Part shown: positions 54,887-64,000 of the stretch, piece after piece | Layout of the letters: the number at the start of each line of letters is the position of its first letter | Numbering within the stretch: position 1 is the stretch's first letter | Source of the DNA: Octopus vulgaris | Lineage: Eukaryota | Length of the DNA stretch: 64,000 bases | Direction: 5' to 3' | Assembly: GCA_951406725.2 (NCBI GenBank) | Contig: OX597820.1 | Coordinates: forward strand, 23,374,001 to 23,438,000 | Translations under genes and position numbers: made by a program | The notes under the pieces: model-generated | What the model was told of the DNA's origin: nothing | The model's input: only the letters and a program-made list of their open reading frames with translations | Database searches by the model: none

Positions 54887-56659
54887 ATTTGTAGAAATTT
54901 CTTACGAAAATTCCATTTTTTCTGAAAGTTATGAGGAAATCAAATCAAATTCATGTGAATTATCTGAGACGCCTCTTCCCCATCTCAATTTTCCACAAAT
55001 TCCAATGTAATCCGAATCTTCTAAGTATTCGTAGGAAATTTTATTAAAATAATATCCATTTTTCTTAAAGTTATGAGAAATCAATGTCGGTAGGGGCACA
55101 TTTATGTAGGTTATGGCCTGAAACAGTAGACAGATGATCAAAGGCGTTCCAGCCATGGACAATCCCTCTTTTTTTTTTTTGTTTTGGAGGTGTATGTAGT
55201 AGTACATTACCCAATGTGTTGTGCCTTTCCTTCTTAAAAACAGTAGTAATTTGAAGACTTGACTGCTATTTCTAGCATGTCAAGCGACTCTAGTTATGTA
55301 AATAAGGTGGCGCGTTATCTTATTCATAGATATAGCACTCAAAAATTATTTGCTATTATTGTTTTGTGTTGACAACGCTTATGGAAAATGTTTTCATGAA
55401 AGGGAAATGACCAGTCTTGGAAATATCTACCGATTCGTTGAATAATAAAAAAAGACTTAAGGTTTATCAGACACATAAAATGAAATTGTTCGAAAGTTGC
55501 ATAATGTTTATGTCAATATGTGTGAGTTTTTGTGTATGTATACACACACAAACATACCAATACTTTATTTATTTATATAATTTGTTTATGTATTAGAAGC
55601 CAAACGCCGAATTAAAGCGAAAGGTTGAAACGGAACTTAGTAAGCCAATCATTATTTAGAATAATAAATCCTTGTTCATACAAATACACTTAAGATATAT
55701 GTCTATATAATTTATTAATATGTTTGCTTACAGGTTTATTAATCGGAGCGAGTGATCTGGGTGCAACGTAACCTGCTTTCATTGTCAAACTTTCAGATAG
55801 TAATAATTTTCACGGCCGCGGGATAATTTTTTTTAACGCTGTGCTCCGACCGTGCAATTATTTTTTTGTTCTATTTTCCTTTTTTTTTCTTTTATTGAAC
55901 TGAACGGTTGGGAAGAGGGGGTGGGTCCTTAACTCCTGAGGGAGTAGGAGGGGCGCCGTAGCGATATATGGGTATGGGTCCGGGAACAGGGGCTGCAGGC
56001 GGTGCAAGTGCACTTAAAATATTTTGGGGGTGCAAAATCAAAATTTGCATCCCTACTTACTTTTCTCGGGTTTAGAAAACTGCGTGAAAAATGATCTGTT
56101 ATAAGTACTTGAAGTTAGGTTTCTTCTCAAAGAACAAGGAACAAAAATAAATGTTAAAAAATAAAACCTTGTTTGCAAAAAAATTTGGACCTGGAGTGGC
56201 GCCCTCTCAACAAATTTCGTTCCCGAGCCAGTGGGTATGGGCATTTTAAAACCTCCCAGAGTCCGACATTCTTCAAGCCTGACCATTGCCGATTTCGTCC
56301 AGAAAGAGATATAAAGCGAAAGACAAAGAGAAAAAAGACTTGCATCCAGTTCAAGGCTGATGCTTTACCTATTTATCTACCCGAAACGATAGAAGATAAA
56401 TTGACTTCGGTAGGGTTTGAACTCTGATCTCGGGGCCAAAACAAATACGCAAAGTATTCCTAGCCGACAATCTAACGACTTTGTCAAATCGCGGCCTGTG
56501 CGAGAACTATAGTCTTAGCTGCAATTTCGAGAAGGTTGAAAGATCGCAATAACATGTCTAGTCATTCAGAAAGAAGTGGGGGTTGGCGACAAGATGGGTA
56601 CTCAGTCGTAGAAAATTTGCCTTAATAACTTTGCCTGACCCATGCAAGTATGGAAAAAT

Positions 56660-57124
56660 AGTGAGCGTTACAACGATTATGATGTGCATGTATAATTACA
56701 GTTCCAATAAATACATGATCGAAACAGATTCAAGTGATGTTTGTCACTTTCACTTTCTCAGAATTAAGTATGAGGTCAGAACGTTCTCGGACCAAGTCGA
56801 AAAAAGTGCACCAGTGCACCAATACCATTCACATTTCTTTTTTCTTTTGTGTATTATGCGAGCGATTAGTCTCCCAGAATGCGCATTGTCTTGAACCTTC
56901 ACTCGAACGGCCTTGAAACGCACATCAATAAAAGCCCATGTTCAACCTAAAGCATGTTCTCAGAAAGCCTGAGTGAATGAAATTCTATTGTTACTAAGGG
57001 CAGGGCGAAGTTTCGTTTGTCGTAGCACACGTTTCCGTCGATTTCCTCCGTCGATTTCCGTAAAAAATGTAAACACTGAATCGGCCATACATACTTACAC
57101 ACACACATATACATACACACACAC

Positions 57125-57159
<35 letters not shown>

Positions 57160-57814
57160 TGCAGACATACATATACACATACACCGAGTAAAAAATTACA
57201 CTGAATCGGCCATACATACACACACACATACTTACACACACACACATTCACACACACATACATAGATACATACACACACACACATACATATACACATACA
57301 CCGAGTAAAAAATTTCAGTTATCTCTCTCTTTCACACATTACTCTCTCTGTCTCTTCGCACACACTAACAGAAGCACTTCACTTACACAACATACTGTCT
57401 GTCTCCCACACCCCATCAAACACACACACGGGGACTTCAAAAAGAAATTCCCTCGTCATAAAATCGCTTCCTCTTAGTCTCTTTCGCTCTCATTACTTCA
57501 AATATTCCCGCAAAGCCATATGTAAAAAAATAAAAGTTTTTTACGGAAATCGACGGAAACGTGTGCTACGACAAACGAAACTTCGCCCCCTTAAGGGCAG
57601 TATTGAGTGGTCTTTAGGGTCGTAAATTCTGCAGTGTTTTAGAAGTCATCGCCGAGATCGCCAAGGAAACCATTTCGAATCTGACTGAGCCAGGATGTTT
57701 ACAGTTCTAATTCTGAGAAAGTGAAAGTGACAAACATCACTTGAATCTGTTTCGATCATGTATTTATTAGAACTGTAATTATACACGCACATCTTAATCG
57801 TTGTAATCCTCACT
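56660..57814. repeat. Inverted pair of ~105-bp arms (56660-56766 and 57708-57814)
   Basis: Both arms translate to MC(M/V)YNYSSNKYMIETDSSDVCHFHFLRI on opposite strands; few mismatches. Confidence 0.9.
57003..57588. mobile_element. MITE with ~50-bp CpG-rich TIRs and an internal duplicated CA-rich unit
   Basis: gggcgaagtttcgtttgtcgtagcacacgtttccgtcgatttcc / ggaaatcgacggaaacgtgtgctacgacaaacgaaacttcgccc. The 9-mer taagggcag lies near both ends, slightly offset. Confidence 0.82.
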
Positions 57815-58147
57815 TTGTGTGTGCATGTGTGTGTGTGAGCGCCAAAGGGCGATCCTTTGAATGATATAAGTCCATCTGACGAGCTTCCAAAATTTCTGCC
57901 TGAGTCAATCCAAGACATTTGGCCCAAGATGCCACTAAGTGACGGTTGAAGACTGTAAGACAGGGTTGATCTCAGCGTATTCGAACTTAGATTAGAAAAG
58001 GAATATAACTAAATTCTAAGCACCATAGTTTGTCTGTCACTCTACCGATTCAGCATTGTGAGAATGGCATTCTCAACTGTTATTCACGATAACTAATAAA
58101 TGCCGCTAATACTGACGAAGGCTGTTAAACGAGACGAATATCCCACA

Positions 58148-58780
58148 CGTAAAAAGCACCCACTACACTCACGGAGTGGTTGGCGTTAGGAAGGGCATCC
58201 AGCTGTAGAAACATTGCCAGATAAGACTGGAGCCTGGTGCAGCCATCTGGTTTGCCAGCCCTCAGTCAAATCATCCAACCCATGCTAGCATGGAAAGCAG
58301 ACGTTAAACGATGATGATGATGTCACATATATATATATACACACACACATATATATATATACACACATACATCTATACACTCACATATACATATATATAC
58401 ACACATGCGTATATATCCACACACGTGTAAATGTATACACACGTATAGATATATACACACATGTACATATATATATACACACGTATACATATATCTACAT
58501 ATGCCAGCGCCGCCTCGACTGGCTTCCGTGCCGGTGGCACGTAAAATACACCAATCCGACCGTGGCCGTTGCCAGCCTCGCCTGGCACCTGTGCAAGTGG
58601 CACGTAAAAAGCACCCACTACACTCACGGAGTGGTTGGCGTTAGGAAGGGCATCCAGCTGTAGAAACATTGCCAGATAAGACTGGAGCCTGGTGCAGCCT
58701 TCTGGCTTCCCAGATCCCCGGTCGAACCGTCCAACCCATGCTAGCATGGAGAATGGACGTTAAACGATGATGACGATGAT
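58148..58780 (+). mobile_element. Two RTE-like LINE 3' UTR fragments (58148-58322 and 58502-58780)
   Basis: Both end acgttaaacgatgatga and are nearly identical over their shared 5' part. Confidence 0.82.
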
Positions 58781-58884
58781 ACGACACTAATTCTCAAGAC
58801 TTACTCCCAGACGTTATTTAAATCTTCTGATTTAACTTAGAGACTACAAAATGTCCCCCAAATGATAGCATATCGCATTATTCT

Positions 58885-59481
58885 TATTTCTTTATTGCCC
58901 ACAAGGGGCTAAACATAGAGTGGACAAACAAGGACAGACAAAGGGATTAAGTCGATTACATCGACATCAGTGTGTAAGTATCTGGTACTTAATTTATCGA
59001 CCCTCGAAAGGATGAAAGGCAAAGTCGACCTCGTCGGAATTTGAACTCAGAACGTAGCGGCAGACGAAATACCTGTTTCTTTACTACCCACAAGGGGCTA
59101 AACACAGAGAAGACAAACAAGGACAGGCAAACGGATTAAGTCGATTAGATCGACCCCAGTGTGTAACTGGTACTTATTTAATCGACCCCGAAAGGATGAA
59201 AGGCAAAGTCGACCTCGTCGGAATTTGAACTCAGAACGTAGCGGCAGACGAAATACCTATTTCTTTACTACCCACAAGAGGCTAAACACAGAGAAGACAA
59301 ACAAGGACAGACAAACGGATTAAGTCGATTAGATCGACCCCAGTGCGTAACTGGTACTTATTTAATCGACCCCGAAAGGATGAAAGGCAAAGTCGACCTC
59401 GGCGGAATTTGAACTCACAACGTAACGGCAGACAAAATACCGCTGAGCATTTCGCCCGGCGTGCTAACATTTCTGCCAGCT
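58885..59481 (-). mobile_element. Tandem trimer of Nin-like SINE
   Basis: Units 58885-59073, 59074-59257 and 59258-59481; only the last carries the A-box head. Confidence 0.88.
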
Positions 59482-60083
59482 CAATGCCTTCACATTATTC
59501 TACAAAGCCAATTCACAGCTGTTAGTTTCTTTGGATGCATATGGAGGAAATAAAGAGTTTTGCTTGAGGAGGGCATCATTATAGCAAGCGTGTGCAAAAT
59601 AAAGTATCTTCATCAAAGAGTAGGAAATGAATCGCAGATTTTAACTGCCGTTCCAGAAGCTTGACTCAGGGTCATCTAACATTAGTTTAGGCCTCTAAGG
59701 AAAAGCAATGAACACAACCACAATATACATAGCATTGGAACTCTAGACACTTTGGGCCCTTAGGCAGCTGCCCACTGTGCCAGCATACGGTACTAGTTTA
59801 ACTCAGCGGTGCTGGTTACTGATTTGTTGCTAGGTCAGTCTGAATGAGCAGAACTGCAAACATCACGTTTTTCTAGTCATAGTATATCCAGGATGAGATT
59901 ACGAAATTGTAAGACAGTTGGATGAGTCGGATGAGACGTCGAGGCTCATTTGTAAATAGTGTATTGATTTTTTTTTGTTATTACGAGCGAGATAAAGGAA
60001 GTGAGCTGGAAAAGTCGTTAGCACGCCGGACAAAAGGCTTAGCGGCATTTCTTCCATCTCTTTACGTTCTATATTCAAATACT

Positions 60084-60317
60084 TATTTCTTTATTACCCA
60101 CAAGGGGCTAAACACAGAGGGGGACAAACAAGGACAGACATAGGTATTAAGTCGATTACATCGACCCCAGTGAATAACTGGTACTTAATTTATCGACCCC
60201 GAAAGGATGAAAGGCAAAGTCGACCTCGACGGAATTTGAACTCAGAACGTAGCGGCAGACGAAATACCACAAAGCATTTCGCCCGGCGTGCTAACGCTTC
60301 TGCCAGCTCGCCGCCAT
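60084..60317 (-). mobile_element. Full-length Nin-like SINE inserted antisense into an older SINE of the same family
   Basis: 14-bp TSD tatattcaaatact at 60070-60083 and 60318-60331, falling in the host SINE's B-box region. Confidence 0.88.
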
Positions 60318-60639
60318 TATATTCAAATACTGCTAAGATGTAAACTTAGCCTTTCGTCTTTTCGAGGTTAATATAGTGCCAGTCAAATAGTGGGGATCGA
60401 TGTAATCGACTAGCACGCTCCCCTTGGATGTTGTTGTCCTTGAGCCAAGATTTGAAACAGTCATGAGATGAGGACAACTTGTTGGGAAGAATTTAATCAA
60501 CTGAATCGATCCGAGGTCATGACTGGTATTATTTCAACGAAACCAGGGAAAAACGAAATAAAGGTAAGGCCATCACCAGCAGAAGCTGAAATCAGAACGT
60601 TTGGGGATACGTAGAAAAATCGGTCAATATACAGTTTAA

Positions 60640-61351
60640 TCTCCGGTCAGGAAAAAAAAACCCAGCCAACTAGGTGTAGAAAAAAAATGTGTAGAAAACC
60701 GATATGAAAACAAAAATTTGCGCAAGCGAAGGTGCGAGGACTTTCGGAAAATTCACACGATCCGATTTTTTCCCCTCGTAACTTTCAGGAAAATGGATAT
60801 CTTTTAATGAAATATTACAGAAACACCTTTCGAACAGCATTTACTACGATTATAAAGAAATTTGGGGGGGGGGGTTCCGAATGGGTGGGGAGAAGACTGT
60901 CGGAAAGTTCACACGATTCGTTTTTTCCCCTCATAACTTCCAGGATCTAGTTTAGCACTAGGTCACTAAAGCAAAAAAATAAATCCTAGTCCAATAGGTG
61001 TAAAAAAAAAACCTGTAGAAAACGAATATGAAAACAAAAATTTGCGCAAACGAACTGCGGGTAATTGGGGAGAGAACTTTCGGAAAATTCACACGATCCG
61101 ATTCCCCGCCCCCATAACTTTCAGGAAAATGTATATCTTTCAATGAAATTTTAGAGAAACACCTTTCAAACGGCATAGATTACGATTATCGAGAAATTTG
61201 AGGGTAAAATGTTTTCCTGAAAGTTATGAGGGAAAAAAAACCGATCATGTGAACTTTCCGACAGTCCTCTCCCTACTCCTTCGGTAAACATTTTCCCCAT
61301 AAATTTCTTTAAAATCGTAATTTGTGTCATTTGAACGGTATTTATATAAAT

Positions 61352-61400
<49 letters not shown>

Positions 61401-61460
61401 TTTTCTTTAAAGTTGAGAGAAAAATCGGATCTTGTGAATTTTCCGAAAGACCTCTCCTAA
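60640..61460. repeat. Cluster of direct and inverted copies of a MITE-like unit (ctttcggaaaattcacacgatccgatt...cataactttcaggaaaat)
   Basis: Direct copies near 60690-60950 and 61014-61200; inverted copies at 61210-61330 and 61400-61460. Confidence 0.75.
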
Positions 61461-61539
61461 AACGACTGGAGCGTGAATGACACATATCAACCTTAAAAAA
61501 AAAAAGACAACGTAACACATTTGGTTTCAAAATTTTCGT

Positions 61540-61760
61540 CGCACGACCTTGGACCTGGTCACTGACGTAATTTTGGTGCTTTCGAATGACTAATATGTTG
61601 TCTTTCGCGCTGCAACTCTTATTTGGCCTACTCATAAATAAAGGAGGGCGGTGAAGGAGCGAAAAAAAAAGTTTTTTTTTTTTTTTTTTTACTGATATTG
61701 ACGGGTGGGGGCAGGTATTTGTGTGAGAAACACTGCTCTGGAGTAGTGCGCGCCACAACC
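61540..61760. promoter_or_regulatory. Candidate promoter/enhancer-like CpG-rich unique segment
   Basis: CRE-like TGACGTAA 61563-61570, GC box GGGCGG 61646-61651 and a poly(A)/poly(T) tract, inside the CpG-retaining domain. Motif evidence only. Confidence 0.25.
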
Positions 61761-62711
61761 TACTATTATTTATAACTAAATGTATTACTCATACATATTA
61801 ACAGACATACACACTAAGCGCTTGTATTTAGCATTCTTCAGTGACATTTTTCACGATTTTGTTGATTTTGCTTTTGTAATGGTTTCAGAATCTTCAATGT
61901 TTCAGATAAAAGAAAAATGAAATACATTAAATAGGATACAAGGACTGTTTGTGCTATAAATATATAATAAACCATATATTTATGCAATCGACTACCACTT
62001 ATAAATACGCACATACACACTGTGTGTGACTAAAAGTTGGTATTTTAGCAGGGTGAAGTTTTCCTTTTTATCATGGTCAGAACCACAATGTTTAATGTGA
62101 GAAAAAGGAGCGCATTGAACAACATACAAAGACTGTTTGAGTTACGAACCACACGCAATGTTTTATACAGGAGAAGGTGGGGGCTATATTAAATGGACTG
62201 TGTAAAGTCAGTCTGCGTTAGGATCCAAAAGCATATCTTAAAGACCAATGATTTTATTCATATTTCAATAACAAACATAACACAAAAATAGTACTTAAGA
62301 TTTACTTTTCATAAAAAAATTTTTTTTTACATATATGACGAAAGAAAAACAAAGCAAAACGTGAAAATGACACTGCAGATTTGATACCGCTAAAATGTTA
62401 GCTTCCTGCAAACCCTAGACACACGCACACCACCACCACCGCCGCCAACACACAGGAAGGCGAGTTTCATTGATACATACAAGAAATTTACAATATAAAA
62501 GTAAGAAACATACAGTAATTATTTCTCTCTCCTCCTCCTCTCAATGTCTGTGAATAAGTTTAAGAGAAGAAACATACAAACAAATTATGCACGCTTACAC
62601 ACGCATTATAGTTTTCTTATTAAAAAAAAAAAAAGCCGATCGCTGAAGCAAATTTTTTATTCAGTCATATAACATATTGTCTGTGAGAAAAGACAGAAAA
62701 TATTTAACCAT

Positions 62712-62810
<99 letters not shown>

Positions 62811-62820
62811 AGGGAGAGAG
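62712..62820. repeat. (TA)n-(GA)n compound microsatellite
   Basis: Direct inspection. Confidence 0.95.
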
Positions 62821-63136
62821 GTGGACAGTCCTTAACACTTGCGAACGTAGGTTAAGTACATGGAAATCTTAAAAAAATCTTTTAATAATAGAATTTAGTG
62901 AATTATATACACAATGTATTGCACGTTTTGTGCAAATGTATATTGATGCGCGCAAACTTGTATTCAAAATGTATACGCCAGGATAAAAAGTACCCAGTTT
63001 ACTCTGAAAAGTTAGCTGGCATTAGGAAGAACATCCGGCTCAGAAACCATGAGAAAGCAGACTTTGGAGCTTGTCACAATCCTCTGCTTCATCAGATCCT
63101 GTTGAACCAGCCAACCCAAGACAAGATGTTAAATTA

Positions 63137-63172
<36 letters not shown>

Positions 63173-63241
63173 GGAGTAAACACATAAATGTGAAACAAGG
63201 TGGAAAAAAGAGTACTCAAATACCAGTGGTAGAGTAATATG

Positions 63242-63398
63242 CTTTATTTTAAGCAGCAGAAAATTCAACAAAATCTGTTACTCTGAGTTTCTCGTTGCCG
63301 TTCATCAGACAGTTTTTGCTAGCAAAAACTGTCTGATGAACGGCAACGAGAAACTCAGAGTAACAGATTTTGTTGAATTTTCTGCTGCTTAAAATAAA

Positions 63399-63399
<1 letters not shown>
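63242..63399. repeat. Perfect spacerless 158-bp palindrome
   Basis: Centre ...tttttgct|agcaaaaa... between 63320 and 63321; the 79-bp arms read as exact reverse complements. Confidence 0.95.
63323..63372 (+). ncRNA. Minimal type-I hammerhead ribozyme motif (mirror copy on the minus strand at 63269-63318)
   Basis: Stem I CAAAAACUGU/ACAGAUUUUG (9 of 10 pairs); CUGAUGA 63333-39; stem II CG-GCAA-CG; GAAA 63350-53; stem III ACUC-A-GAGU; GUA cleavage triplet ending 63362. Confidence 0.72.
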
Positions 63400-63442
<43 letters not shown>

Positions 63443-63514
63443 AACACACACACATATATATATACACACATACACACACACACACACACATAAAAAGAGA
63501 GAGAAAAATACATA

Positions 63515-63908
63515 CATCATCATCATTTAATGTCCATTTTCCATGCTGGCATGGGTTAGATGGTTTGACTGGGGCTGGTAAGCTAGAGAACTGTACCAGG
63601 TTCCAGCCTGTTATGGCTTAGTTTCTATGGCTGGATCCCCTTCCTAATGCCAACCACTCTACAGAGTGTACTGGGTGTCATGTGTCACCGGCTTGAGTGC
63701 CTTTCACATGTCACTAGTACTGGCCACGACCATGAATTCACTTAGCTTGATGTGTCTTCTCAAGCACAGCAAATCGCCAGAAGTCTTGGTCATTTGTCAT
63801 TGCTTCCATGAGTCTCAACATCTGAAAATTACACTTCTCCACCTTATCTGGCATCTTCCTGGGTCTACCTCTCACAAGTTCCCTCCGCAATGAGAGATTA
63901 ACACTTCA
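63515..63908 (-). mobile_element. RTE-like LINE 3' end: coding remnant, UTR and (GAT)n tail
   Basis: 63740-63900 is the reverse complement of sequence like 41570-41740 (GRPRK.W, AVLEKT) and is continuous with the (CAT)n-tailed UTR. Confidence 0.8.
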
Positions 63909-64000
63909 TTAAACACACACACACACACACACATATATAGATACTTAAATACACACATGCACACAATGCTTCCAGAGTCAAGTCTGTGATTGGCAGGTCT

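Noticed and set aside
56053-56130. Strong minus-strand donor (AA|gtaagtag) as a first-exon end
   Set aside because: A single motif in possibly repeat-derived sequence; unsupported without transcripts.

Overview
AT-rich, repeat-saturated eukaryotic genomic DNA. The SINE/LINE repertoire and the huge (TA)/(CA) microsatellites point to a coleoid cephalopod, most likely Octopus (inference). It is not prokaryotic and has no CRISPR array. The only well-supported host coding sequence is two spliced minus-strand exons (15682-15862 and 11931-12019) encoding RRM3 and its flank from an A1CF/RBM47/RBM46-family RNA-binding protein. I could not find the RRM1-2 exons, so most of the window is probably intron. 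The rest is tRNA-headed SINEs (CORE/OR-like and Nin-domain-like), 5'-truncated RTE- and CR1-like LINE ends, decayed Tc1/mariner and hAT transposases, hAT/piggyBac/TA-type MITEs, non-autonomous Helitrons, a 26-bp minisatellite and a ~2.85 kb compound microsatellite. Most long ORFs in the supplied track are microsatellite artefacts. The most notable signals are: a perfect 158-bp palindrome (63242-63399) carrying a minimal type-I hammerhead ribozyme motif on each strand, with two degenerate relatives elsewhere; a long-arm MITE whose loop is a tRNA-like Pol III promoter (35392-35697); and a ~9.6 kb CpG-retaining domain (~53750-63400) in otherwise CpG-depleted sequence.
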